A DNA stretch of 64,000 nucleotides from Acidobacteriota bacterium (GTDB lineage Bacteria > Acidobacteriota > Vicinamibacteria > Vicinamibacterales > SCN-69-37), in contig SYFT01000106.1 of the NCBI GenBank assembly GCA_005799825.1, positions 10,459 to 74,458 of the forward strand, written 5' to 3'. Below the pieces are notes generated by a model. The model did no database searches. It was not told where the DNA came from and saw nothing but the letters and a program-made list of their open reading frames with translations. Shown here piece after piece: positions 17,399 to 26,855 of the stretch. The first letter of the stretch is position 1, and every line of letters begins with the position of its first letter. The position numbers and the translations under genes are program-made.

Positions 17399-19369
17399 AT
17401 GCGCTGGCGCTCCTCATGGACATTGATCGCGGCCTTGTTGCTGCTGGTGGCGCGGCCCGCGGGTTTCGCGCAGGACGCGACGCCGGACACGGCACCGGCC
17501 CGTTCGCCGCGCAACGCCTCGTATCAGCTGCTGGCGACACTCGACCCTGATACGCACACCATTCACGGCTCGGGTCGGGTCATCTGGCGCAACATCACGA
17601 CAGCGCCAGCCAACGACCTGCGCTTTCATCTCTACTGGAATGCCTGGCGCGACAACAATTCGTCATGGATGCGCGAACAGCGCCTGGGGCGCAGGTCGGC
17701 ACTCGCCCGACGACCGGCCGACCAGCGCGGCTCCGTTGAAATCGTATCCATGGTCGCGCGCGGATCGGACCTGCGGCCAAAAGCCACGTTTGTCGCACCA
17801 GACGATGGGAATGCCGATGACCGGACGGTGCTGTCGGTGCCGCTCGATCGATCAGTGTTGCCGGGCGAGACGATCGACATCGATATCGCCTGGACGTCGC
17901 GCGTGCCAGTGACATTCGCGCGCACCGGCCGACTGGGCCAGTACTACTTCATCGCTCAGTGGTTCCCAAAACTCGGCGTGTTCCAGAACAATGGCGAATG
18001 GAATGCGCACCAATTCCACGCCGCCACCGAGTTCTTCTCGGACTTCGGCACCTACGACGTCGCACTGACAGTGCCAAAGGGATGGACGGTGGGCGCCACC
18101 GGCGTGGCATCGCCCGTGCTGCCAGGTGCCGAAGGCCAGGAGACGCATCGGTTTGTGGCAGACGACGTCCATGACTTCGCGTGGACGACGAGTCCGAATT
18201 TCATTGAGCATATCGAACGCTTCGAGCACCCCACTCTTCCGCCGGTGACCATACGCCTGCTGCTGCAACGTGAACACGCCAAACAAGCCGAGCGCCATTT
18301 CGTCGCAACACGTGCGGCGTTGCGGTATTACGGGGAGTGGTTTGGCCCATACCCGTACTCCCACATCACCATTGTCGATCCTGTCACGCCGGTGAACCCG
18401 GACGTGCAGGGCGGATCCACGGGTGGAATGGAATACCCGATGCTCTTCACGTCGGGCACGCGCAACTGGGCGCCGCTCGACGGTCCACAACCCGAGAGCG
18501 TGACCATTCACGAAGCCGGCCACCAATTTTGGTACGGCATCGTCGCCACCAACGAGTTTGAACATGCGTGGATGGACGAGGGGCTGAACACCTACGCAAC
18601 CGCCCGCGTGATGGATGAAGCCCTGCCCAACACGTTTGTGGCAGTGGAACGGTACTTCGGGGGCTTCGTGCCGTGGGCGTTTGCTGATGTCAGGTGGTCG
18701 CGCGCCATTGATGGCAACCGGCTGAACGCCTACCGGCCCGTTGCCACGTACGACACGCAGTCCACGCCGACATGGCGCTACTGGCCTGGCAGCGCGAGCC
18801 AGATTTCCTACAACAAGACCGCGTTGTGGCTGGCCACGCTGGAACGCTACCTGGGCTGGGAGATGATGCAGCGGGTGCTGGCGGCGCATTTTTCGCGTGG
18901 CGCGTTTCGTCACCCGACGCCTGAGGATTTTTTTGCAATCGCCAGCGAGGTGGCGGTCGCAGACCTCACCTGGTTCTTCGACGCGACCGTTCGCAGCAGC
19001 GCGGCGTTCGACTACGCGGTCGCGCAGGTGACCAATACGCCGGCGGTCGATGGATTCGAATCGGTGGTGGTCGTACGCCGGCTGCAGGATGGCGTCTTCC
19101 CGCTGACCATCAAGCGCACCTATGCGGACGGCACCACCGACATGACCGCGTGGGATGGCCAGGGCCGATGGGAGGCAATCGTCGATCGCGGACCGTCGCC
19201 GATTGTGCGCGTGGAGGTCGATCCCGATCGCATCCTGATGCTCGACCTCAATTACACAAACAACTCGTGGACGGCGACGCCGCAAGCGCCAGCGGCGGCA
19301 CGCAAGTGGTCGTTGCGCTGGATGGGCTGGCTGCAGGAAGTGATGCTGACGTATGCGTTCTTCTCCTGA
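17399..19369 (+). CDS. M1 family metallopeptidase, secreted
   Basis: 656 aa with signal MRWRSSWTLIAALLLLVARPAGFAQ. The gluzincin motif is HEAGHQFWYG...WMDEGLNTY. Confidence 0.9.
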   Translation: MRWRSSWTLIAALLLLVARPAGFAQDATPDTAPARSPRNASYQLLATLDPDTHTIHGSGRVIWRNITTAPANDLRFHLYWNAWRDNNSSWMREQRLGRRSALARRPADQRGSVEIVSMVARGSDLRPKATFVAPDDGNADDRTVLSVPLDRSVLPGETIDIDIAWTSRVPVTFARTGRLGQYYFIAQWFPKLGVFQNNGEWNAHQFHAATEFFSDFGTYDVALTVPKGWTVGATGVASPVLPGAEGQETHRFVADDVHDFAWTTSPNFIEHIERFEHPTLPPVTIRLLLQREHAKQAERHFVATRAALRYYGEWFGPYPYSHITIVDPVTPVNPDVQGGSTGGMEYPMLFTSGTRNWAPLDGPQPESVTIHEAGHQFWYGIVATNEFEHAWMDEGLNTYATARVMDEALPNTFVAVERYFGGFVPWAFADVRWSRAIDGNRLNAYRPVATYDTQSTPTWRYWPGSASQISYNKTALWLATLERYLGWEMMQRVLAAHFSRGAFRHPTPEDFFAIASEVAVADLTWFFDATVRSSAAFDYAVAQVTNTPAVDGFESVVVVRRLQDGVFPLTIKRTYADGTTDMTAWDGQGRWEAIVDRGPSPIVRVEVDPDRILMLDLNYTNNSWTATPQAPAAARKWSLRWMGWLQEVMLTYAFFS

Positions 19370-20405
19370 GGCTGGTGTCACCACCCCGCGGGCGACTGCT
19401 CTCGGAGCATTTTTAGAAGGGTGGCGGCGCGCCTTCGCCGCGCCTGCCGTCACTCTGGGTGTGCTGGCCGCGCTGTTCCTGATGGCGTTGCCACTGGGAC
19501 TCGCGCTGCGCAGCATGCTTGTCGAGCACCTGGGCCCAAGCGTGGTCGCTGAGCGCGCGGCGTGGGGATGGGAGGCGGGATGGGCGGCCGAATTTGCCGC
19601 GCAGGCGCAGGGATTGGGACGCACGTTCACACACGAGATCCTGGGGTTCGGCGGGACCATCTCAATCATCGGCGGTTTCTTTGACGCCAAGCCGTTGCCG
19701 CCCGTCGTAGCAGGCGCGGCGGTAGCGTACGCAGTGTTGTGGATCTTCCTCTCGGGCGGCATCCTCGATCGATTCGCGCGCGCGCGCCCGGTGCGCACAG
19801 CGGCGTTTTTTGCGTCGTGCGGCGTCTTCTTCTGGCGATTCCTCCGCCTCGGCGTGATGGTTGGCGCGGCATACTGGGCGCTGTTCGCATGGCTGCACCC
19901 GTACTTGTTTGGCACATTGTGGAACAACTGGACGGCCAGCATCACCACCGAACGTGACGCGCTGGCGGTGCGGGTGGGGCTGTACTTCGTCTTCGCTTTC
20001 GCGCTCGCGCTGGTGAGCCTCATCGGCGACTACGCCAAAGTGCGCGCGGTGGTCGAAGACCGCAGGAGCATGTTCGGCGCGCTGGGCGCGTCCATGCGAT
20101 TCGTCCGCCGCCGGCCGTTCCGGGTTTTCGGCTTGTATCTGCTCAGCGCGGTCGCATCCATCGTGGTGGTGCGCCTGTGGTTCACCGCCGCACCTTCGGC
20201 CTGGGCCTCGGTGCCGGTCGCGTTCCTGCTGACGCAGGTGTACCTGTTGTTTCGGGTGTGGGCCAAGCTGGCGTGGATGGCCGGCGCGGTGGTGTTTTTC
20301 CAGGGCGAACTGGCGCACGCCACCTACACGGCGGCGCCTCTGCAGATGTGGCCCGACTCTCCTGCTGCCGAGGCTATTGCAAACCTCGTCTCCCGAGCCC
20401 GCTAA
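19353..20405 (+). CDS. hypothetical polytopic membrane protein
   Basis: 350 aa with about 7 hydrophobic segments and a GC3-rich frame. It overlaps the M1 gene end by 17 nt. No family recognised. Confidence 0.6.
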   Translation: MRSSPEAGVTTPRATALGAFLEGWRRAFAAPAVTLGVLAALFLMALPLGLALRSMLVEHLGPSVVAERAAWGWEAGWAAEFAAQAQGLGRTFTHEILGFGGTISIIGGFFDAKPLPPVVAGAAVAYAVLWIFLSGGILDRFARARPVRTAAFFASCGVFFWRFLRLGVMVGAAYWALFAWLHPYLFGTLWNNWTASITTERDALAVRVGLYFVFAFALALVSLIGDYAKVRAVVEDRRSMFGALGASMRFVRRRPFRVFGLYLLSAVASIVVVRLWFTAAPSAWASVPVAFLLTQVYLLFRVWAKLAWMAGAVVFFQGELAHATYTAAPLQMWPDSPAAEAIANLVSRAR

Positions 20406-20465
20406 GCTACTGTACACAAGGCTGAAGGACTGAAGGAACGACTCGTATGAGTTGTAGAATTTCTC

Positions 20466-21233
20466 ATGTTCTCTAAACGGGCAGACGTCATCGTTCACTG
20501 GTTGCGGGACCGCGCCGAGGGCGCCGGGGCCCGTGGGTTTGTCTTCGGCTTGAGCGGCGGTATTGACTCGGCGGTGGTCGCCCGGTTGTGCCAGATGGCC
20601 ACGCCCAATCGCGTGCTCGGCGTCATCCTGCCGTGTTATAGCCATGCGCAGGATGAAGCGGATGCGTATGTCATGGCGGATGCCTTCGGCATTCCCACCG
20701 CGAAGGTGGACCTGGCCGCCCCCTTCGACGCGCTGACCGGCGAACTGCACACGGCGCTCAAAAATCTGCCGCGCGAGGTCCATGTGACCGACATCAAGCA
20801 GCAGTTGCCGGGAGCCAACATCAAGCCGCGCCTGCGGATGACGTCGCTGTACTTCATCGCCAACTCACTGAACTACCTGGTGGCCGGTACCGGCAATCGC
20901 AGCGAACTGACGCTGGGCTACTTCACGAAGTACGGTGACGGCGGCTGCGACGTGTTGCCCATCGGCGCGCTGCTCAAGAGCGAAGTGCGTTCGCTCGCCA
21001 AGGAATTGAGCGTGCCACAAGCCATCATCAACAAGGCGCCGTCCGCCGGCCTCTGGATCGGCCAGACGGACGAAGCCGAAATGGGCTTCAGCTACGACAC
21101 GCTGGAGAAATACTTGAATGAAGGCGCCGCGGCGGTTCCGACGGAAACAGCCGCGCGTATCGAAAAACTACGCAGCACGTCCGACCACAAACGCGCGCTG
21201 CCGCCAATATCGGCTGGGGAACTAGGGAACTGA
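20466..21233 (+). CDS. nadE: ammonia-dependent NAD+ synthetase
   Basis: 255 aa with the PP-loop FGLSGGIDSAVVA, plus GTGNRSELTLGYFTKYGDGG. Confidence 0.9.
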   Translation: MFSKRADVIVHWLRDRAEGAGARGFVFGLSGGIDSAVVARLCQMATPNRVLGVILPCYSHAQDEADAYVMADAFGIPTAKVDLAAPFDALTGELHTALKNLPREVHVTDIKQQLPGANIKPRLRMTSLYFIANSLNYLVAGTGNRSELTLGYFTKYGDGGCDVLPIGALLKSEVRSLAKELSVPQAIINKAPSAGLWIGQTDEAEMGFSYDTLEKYLNEGAAAVPTETAARIEKLRSTSDHKRALPPISAGELGN

Positions 21234-21246
21234 GGAACTGGGGACT
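21216..21246. repeat. 8-bp-period tandem repeat GGGGAACT AGGGAACT GAGGAACT GGGGACT
   Basis: Read directly from the sequence. It encodes the last residues (GELGN) and the TGA stop of nadE and fills the spacer to the convergent GGT gene. Confidence 0.85.
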
Positions 21247-24223
21247 ACCGCGCCCCGTGAGACCGCCGCGGCTCCGCGCCGCCCTCCACCGTCCCCTTGG
21301 CGGCATTGACCAGCGCCACCGCCGCATAGCCCTGCGCCACTTCGCCCTTGCGGCCCACGCGGGCGAACGCGTGGCCCATGGCCTCCAGTTTCTCAAGCAG
21401 CGACCGCGGGATGCGGTCTTCAATCTGCACCCGTGAGCCAGTCGGCGTGTTGCCGATGAGTATCCGCGGCGCCTCGATGGCGCGCTGCGCACCCATCCCG
21501 CCATCCACTACATTCAGGATGATGTTGTAGACCGCGGCCGGAATCCACGCATTGCCCGCTGCGCCTACGGCCAGCCGCGGCGTGAAACTGGGAATGCCAT
21601 ACCGGCCCGGGTCGACTTCGCTTGGCGCAAACACCAGGGTCGGGACGCTCGTGGATGACGCGCGCTGCAACGGCAGCATCGATCCGTACCCGGTGCCGCG
21701 CCCGCCGCGGAAGTGATCGTTGTACAGGAACCCCAGGCCCTTCGACACGTAAAAGTTGCCGCCCCAGGTTGAGAGCGTTTGCGTCACCGCCACCATGTTG
21801 CCTTCGACATCCGCCGCCGCAAACGACGTGGTGCCCGTCTGGATGCCGGGGCCGGCCACACCATCGGCCACCGCCTGACCAAACGCCTCGTCGTAATTGC
21901 CGGCTGCCTGGCCGGTTGGTGCGGGCGCACCGCCCCGCCCTCGCCCCCCCTGCGTCGCCACATACGCCTTCTGAGGGTTGATGAGTTTGTAACGCTCAAG
22001 CGCGTGTCCCGGCTGCAAGTGGTTGCCAAGATCAATCGGCCATCTCTCGGGATCGGCAATCTGCGCGCTGCCGTCGCGCACGCGCCACGCTTCAATGACG
22101 TAATGCAGGTACTCCACATCGGTCGCGAACGTCGCACCCGGCTTCGGCGTGTAGTTGTCCAGGATCTGCAGCGTTTCGATCAACTGCGCCCCGGTGGGAA
22201 CAGGCGGCGGCGCCGAATACACGGCGTGACCGCGGTATCGCCCCTCGAGCGGCTTCCGTTCCATCGCGCGATACTGCGCCAGGTCTTCGAGCGAGATGAT
22301 ACCGCCGCTCGCGGCCATGTCTTCAGCAATCTTGCGCGCGATGGACCCGCGATAAAACGACTGGCCACCTTCCTTCGCCAGCACCTTCAGGGTCTCGGCG
22401 TAGTCCTTGTTGATGAAGCGATCGCCCTTCTTCGGCACTTGGCCGCCGGGCAGATAGATCTTCGCGGCTTCGGGATACTTTAAGAAGCCCGCGCGGCCTT
22501 CCGCAATGGTCGTCGGCAGCGCCTCGTCGAGGATGTAGCCCTTCTCGGCCAGCTCGATCGCCGGCGAAAGAATCTGCTCCCACGTCACCTTTTTGCTGCC
22601 GTACTTCTGGAACAGCAGATCGAGACCCGCGACCACGCCCGGAATGTTGGCGACCGTCGGCCCATCACCGGCCGTGCGTTGGCCATTCGTCGTGAAGATT
22701 TTCGGATTATCGAACGTGGCCCGCACCGGTGTCATGTCCTTGTATTCAATGACCACAGGTTCGGGCATGCCCTTCAGGAACAGGATGGCCTGGCCGTCAC
22801 CACCAATGCCCGACGCATCGGGCTCCACCACGCCTAGCGCAAACGACGTGGCCACGATGGCGTCCACGACGTTGCCGCCGAGTTCAATCATCCGTGCGCC
22901 GGCCGCCGACGCCAGCGGATGCCCCGACGCCACCACACCCGTCGTCTTTTCCACGACGGATTTGATGAGCGGCTGCTCGAGCACCATCGCATCAACAACG
23001 TCTTCCACCTCGCGAGCGGTGCGTGCCGCCAGCGCCGCAGGCCGATATGTCGTTCGCAGCGCATCCCACGCCGAGGCAGATTCGCCGCTCGAGTAATACA
23101 GCGACTTCAGTGTCTGCCACGCGCGATCGAACTGACTCACCCAGCGCCCAGCTGCGGGCGTAGGCACCGTGACCCCGCGGACCTGATCGTCCACGCGCCG
23201 CGGCGCTGCGACACGCCACAGTTGCAACGTGTCGCTTTCCGCAAACGCGGCCGGCGGATCGTCATCATTGCGAACCGGATTGCCGTTGTAGCCAACGGCT
23301 GCGGCAGCCACCGTCGCGATGGCCATCGTCTGCCCATCGGGCGACCAGGCTGAAGCCCCCGCCCGTCGCGAAGCCAGCACCACGGGCAGCACAGACGCCG
23401 CACCGCCACCACCGCGGGCCCCACCTGGGCCACCGCCGCGGCCTTGCTGCGGAGCTTCCACGACGCTTGCAGCCGGAGGCGCAGGCAGCTCAGTCACAAA
23501 CGTCCCGATACCAAGTCCCGCACGCGACGCCAGATACGACACGCGCTGGTTGTCGGGCGCCCACGCAGGAAATCGCTCTTCGCCGCCGCCCCGAGTGACG
23601 CGGACCAGCTGCGTGGTCTCGTTCCAGGCCTGGAGATCGCGTACGAACACGTCAGCACGGTCACCAGGTTCCAGGTCGCGCTCCGAGACAAACACCACGC
23701 GCCGGCCATCGGGCGAGACCTGCGCCTGCCACTCGGCCACATCGTCTGGTGTGATTTTTACTGGCGCACCCGTCCCGTCAGCCGCAGTCGCATGAATCTG
23801 CCATCGTGCTCCCTCGGGTCGATGGGAGAAGACGAGCCGGCCATCGCGTGTCCATGACGGCCATCGTTCATCGCCGGCAACTGACGTGATCCTGCGCGCC
23901 GGTCCACCTGCGGCGGGAACAACGTACAGGTCGTAGGCGCCGGCGACATCAGCGGAGAACGCGATCGTCTTGCCGTCGGGCGACCACGCGGGATCCCGCT
24001 CGCTCACCCACTCGCCTCGCAGGGTGACGACGCGTTTTTCATCGCGACCGTCTGGTGTGATCGTCCAGATTTCGTCGAGCCACGATACGGCCATGCGTCG
24101 GCCGTCGGGCGCAAAGGCCGGGTCGCGCATGCCGCTGAGCAACGCAGGCGTCTGCGCGGAAAACGCAGTAACGGCAAAAGCGGCCATGGCCGCGGTGACA
24201 ACCAGAACGGAGGATCGACACAT
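21245..24223 (-). CDS. PD40/TolB-like beta-propeller fused to gamma-glutamyltranspeptidase, secreted
   Basis: 992 aa with signal MCRSSVLVVTAAMAAFAVTAFSAQ. The N-terminal ~400 aa carry repeated (W)SPDG motifs: PDGRRMAV, WSPDGKTIAF, VSPDGRRVVF, WAPDNQRVSY, WSPDGQTMAI. The C-terminal ~570 aa carry GGT motifs: ASGHPLASAAGARMIELGGNVVDA, DASGIGGDG, TTSFAAADVEGNMVAVTQT. Confidence 0.9.
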   Translation of the reverse strand: MCRSSVLVVTAAMAAFAVTAFSAQTPALLSGMRDPAFAPDGRRMAVSWLDEIWTITPDGRDEKRVVTLRGEWVSERDPAWSPDGKTIAFSADVAGAYDLYVVPAAGGPARRITSVAGDERWPSWTRDGRLVFSHRPEGARWQIHATAADGTGAPVKITPDDVAEWQAQVSPDGRRVVFVSERDLEPGDRADVFVRDLQAWNETTQLVRVTRGGGEERFPAWAPDNQRVSYLASRAGLGIGTFVTELPAPPAASVVEAPQQGRGGGPGGARGGGGAASVLPVVLASRRAGASAWSPDGQTMAIATVAAAAVGYNGNPVRNDDDPPAAFAESDTLQLWRVAAPRRVDDQVRGVTVPTPAAGRWVSQFDRAWQTLKSLYYSSGESASAWDALRTTYRPAALAARTAREVEDVVDAMVLEQPLIKSVVEKTTGVVASGHPLASAAGARMIELGGNVVDAIVATSFALGVVEPDASGIGGDGQAILFLKGMPEPVVIEYKDMTPVRATFDNPKIFTTNGQRTAGDGPTVANIPGVVAGLDLLFQKYGSKKVTWEQILSPAIELAEKGYILDEALPTTIAEGRAGFLKYPEAAKIYLPGGQVPKKGDRFINKDYAETLKVLAKEGGQSFYRGSIARKIAEDMAASGGIISLEDLAQYRAMERKPLEGRYRGHAVYSAPPPVPTGAQLIETLQILDNYTPKPGATFATDVEYLHYVIEAWRVRDGSAQIADPERWPIDLGNHLQPGHALERYKLINPQKAYVATQGGRGRGGAPAPTGQAAGNYDEAFGQAVADGVAGPGIQTGTTSFAAADVEGNMVAVTQTLSTWGGNFYVSKGLGFLYNDHFRGGRGTGYGSMLPLQRASSTSVPTLVFAPSEVDPGRYGIPSFTPRLAVGAAGNAWIPAAVYNIILNVVDGGMGAQRAIEAPRILIGNTPTGSRVQIEDRIPRSLLEKLEAMGHAFARVGRKGEVAQGYAAVALVNAAKGTVEGGAEPRRSHGAR

Positions 24224-24230
24224 TCCCGGA

Positions 24231-24491
24231 TTATATTGCGCTTACTAAGAGCGAGTAGGTCGCTCGAAGTGCCGGAGTTCGCTCCAGCTCCTTTGGACGG
24301 TTGGGTCGTGGACAGGCGAGCGCCGATGAGGTCATGTCGAGGACCAACCGCGGGTCCGGAACCCGTTCATCCACCGCCACCGTCTGGCTGTTGTCGTAGA
24401 CCCGTAGATGGAACAAGTGCGGCATCAAGGCAATCGAGTTGCGCGGACCGGCGCCGTTGACGCCCGCCACAAACGGCACCGGCCGGTACAC
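24231..24491 (-). pseudogene. possible remnant of a P-loop kinase / zeta-toxin-like (COG4185-type) gene
   Basis: The 86-aa ORF has a degenerate Walker A (FVAGVNGAGPRNS instead of GxNGAGKST). This is joined directly to a C-terminal-like LRVYDNSQ...PRLVLDM segment. The core of the domain is missing. Confidence 0.3.
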
Positions 24492-24617
24492 CGACTACCA
24501 GCCTTGCCCTGCCTTGACCTCACCATTCAACGTCAGTGGCCCCTGAGCGCCGACCAGCGCCTTCGCCCACTTCCATCGCCACTGGACCAGGTGTGGGACG
24601 CATAGTGAAGACGCCTC

Positions 24618-26468
24618 TCAGGCGCGAATGGCTCTGACGATGGCGGCGGCGGAGATGCCGTAGCGGTCGAGCAGTTCGTCGGGGGGGCCGCTGCGCGGGA
24701 TGTCGCGAACGGCGAGGCGCTGCACACGGAAGCCCTGATCCCACACGGCTTCCGAGACCGCGTCGCCCAGGCCGCCCGCTGAGTAGTGATCTTCGACGGT
24801 GAACATGCGGCCGCCTGTCGCCTTCCCTGCGGCGATGAGGCCTTCGCGATCAATCGGTTGGATGGAATACGCATCCACCACACGAATGGCGATGCCTGCT
24901 TTGGCAAGCAGTTCATGGGCCTTGAGCGCTTCGAACAGCGTCACACCCGCGCCCACCACCGTGGCGACGTCCTTGGCGCTCTGGCGAACGACCTTGGAGC
25001 CGCCCGCGTGGAACTTCTCATCGGGGCCATAGATGATCGGCGTCTTGGGCCGCGAACTTCGAATGTAGACCGGGCCGTGCGTGGCGGCCGCAACGGCCAC
25101 AAGCCGCTCAGCGCAGACGGCATCCGACGGATAGAGGACCGTGCAGTTCGGCACGCCGCGCGCCATCGACAGATCTTCAAGCGCCATCTGCGACGGGCCG
25201 TCTTCGCCAATCGACACACCGGCGTGTGAGCCGCACAACTTGATGTTGAGCATCGAGATGCCGGCCATGCGGATAAAGTCGGCGCCACGCTCCAGGAAAC
25301 ACGCGAAGCTCGAGGGGAACGCAATGGCGCCGCGTGACGCCAGGCCCATCGCTGCGCCGATCATCGCCTGCTCGGCGATGAAGGCCTGGTAGAACCGCTC
25401 GGGATACAACTTCTCGAAGCGGTCGCTGAATGTGGAGTTCTTCACGTCGGCATCAAGCGCCACCACGCGGACATCGATACCGCCAAGCGCCGCCAGCGCC
25501 GTGCCATAGGCCTCACGGGTCGCCACCAGGTCGCCCAGGGCGTATGCCGGCGCGGGCATCTGAGCCACAAAGTCGGGCAGCGGCCCTTCCGAACGCCGTG
25601 TCGCCGGTTTTTTAATGATCGGCGCCGGGTCGGACGTGGGCACGTACTGGGCTTCGAGTTCGGCGACAGCCGCGTCAGCCTCAGCACCCTTCTTGAGCGG
25701 CTTGCCGTGCCAATTGTCCTTATCCTCAAAGAGCGCCACGCCTTTGCCCTTGAGCGTCCGCGCCACAATCATCGTGGGCCGGCCGATCATGCCGCGCGCT
25801 TCGGCCAGCGCCGCCCGCAGCACCGCCACATCGTGGCCGTCCACGGTGATGGCATGCCATCCGAAGGCCCTATACCTGGCGGCAAACGCGTCAACATCAT
25901 GCGCCCACTGCGTGGCCCGGCTCTGGCCGTACGCGTTCACGTCGGTAATCGCGCACAAATTGTCGAGCTGATGGTGCGCGGCTACCTGCGCCGCTTCCCA
26001 CACGGACCCTTCGGCGGTTTCCCCATCACCAAGCAGCACGTATGTCCGGTAATCGGACCCAATGCGCCGCGCGTTGAATGCAATGCCCACACCGGCCGCC
26101 AGGCCCTGGCCGAGGGACCCGGTCGCCACATCCACAAACGGCAGCCGCGGCGTGGGATGGCCCTCGAGGTCCGAAGCGATCTTGCGCAACTGCATCACGT
26201 CTTCGCGTGGAAACGCGCCCGCGGCCGCCCAGGCGGCGTACAGGATCGGCGCCGCATGTCCTTTCGACAAGACGAACCGGTCCGCCTCCGGATGCTGGGG
26301 ATCTTTCGGATCGAACCGCAGTTCGTCGAAAAACAGCACGGACAGGATCTCTGCCGACGATAGGCATGTCGTGGGATGCCCCGACCCCGCTTCGGTCGTT
26401 GACCGAACCGAATCGATGCGCAGTTGAGTAGCGAGATTGTGGAGAACGGTGTTGGATGGGGGTGTCAT
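24618..26468 (-). CDS. tkt: transketolase
   Basis: ORF 24618..26531 trimmed to MTPPSNTVLHNLATQLRIDSV.... Motifs are GSGHPTTCLS, LGDGETAEGSVWEA and a C-terminal Pyr/TK_C-like half. Confidence 0.9.
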   Translation of the reverse strand: MTPPSNTVLHNLATQLRIDSVRSTTEAGSGHPTTCLSSAEILSVLFFDELRFDPKDPQHPEADRFVLSKGHAAPILYAAWAAAGAFPREDVMQLRKIASDLEGHPTPRLPFVDVATGSLGQGLAAGVGIAFNARRIGSDYRTYVLLGDGETAEGSVWEAAQVAAHHQLDNLCAITDVNAYGQSRATQWAHDVDAFAARYRAFGWHAITVDGHDVAVLRAALAEARGMIGRPTMIVARTLKGKGVALFEDKDNWHGKPLKKGAEADAAVAELEAQYVPTSDPAPIIKKPATRRSEGPLPDFVAQMPAPAYALGDLVATREAYGTALAALGGIDVRVVALDADVKNSTFSDRFEKLYPERFYQAFIAEQAMIGAAMGLASRGAIAFPSSFACFLERGADFIRMAGISMLNIKLCGSHAGVSIGEDGPSQMALEDLSMARGVPNCTVLYPSDAVCAERLVAVAAATHGPVYIRSSRPKTPIIYGPDEKFHAGGSKVVRQSAKDVATVVGAGVTLFEALKAHELLAKAGIAIRVVDAYSIQPIDREGLIAAGKATGGRMFTVEDHYSAGGLGDAVSEAVWDQGFRVQRLAVRDIPRSGPPDELLDRYGISAAAIVRAIRA

Positions 26469-26540
26469 CGCTGGCGAGCGACAGTGTACTGTACGGCCGG
26501 GCAATTGTGATCGTGCGTCCGACGCGGTCATAATCAGCTG

Positions 26541-26855
26541 GTGGTCGTCCTGCGCGTTGGTTCACTTGCCATCATGGCGCTCTGGAGTGGCGGCCTGGCC
26601 GCATTGGCCCTGGTGGCGGCGCCGGCGGAATTCGTCGAACGATTCCGGTACATCTCGTGGGCCCTCGGGGGCGCCTTGCTCGCGTTGCTGGCCGTACGCG
26701 CCCTGCTCGGACCACGCCCGAGGCGCCTGGCCATACAGGTCTGGCTTGTGATCGCCATGCTCCTGGTCAGCGCCTTTATCGTGACCAATGGCGCAATCGT
26801 CCTGACACTTGGCGCCGGCCTCGCCGTGTTCTGGATTGAAACCAAGGACGGCTAA
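26541..26855 (+). CDS. hypothetical small membrane protein
   Basis: 104 aa with three hydrophobic segments. Weak call: the only evidence is an open GC3-rich frame between tkt and hpf. Confidence 0.4.
   Translation: MVVLRVGSLAIMALWSGGLAALALVAAPAEFVERFRYISWALGGALLALLAVRALLGPRPRRLAIQVWLVIAMLLVSAFIVTNGAIVLTLGAGLAVFWIETKDG

Noticed and set aside
17852-20023. 723-aa minus-strand ORF, the third-longest in the track
   Set aside because: It runs antisense to the well-supported M1 peptidase and membrane-protein genes. Its composition is Arg/Ala/Pro/Gly-rich with no motifs. This is a typical shadow ORF of a GC-rich genome.
19662-20783. 373-aa minus-strand ORF spanning the membrane-protein gene and the nadE start
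   Set aside because: It crosses an intergenic region and two plus-strand genes that have better evidence. It has a shadow composition.
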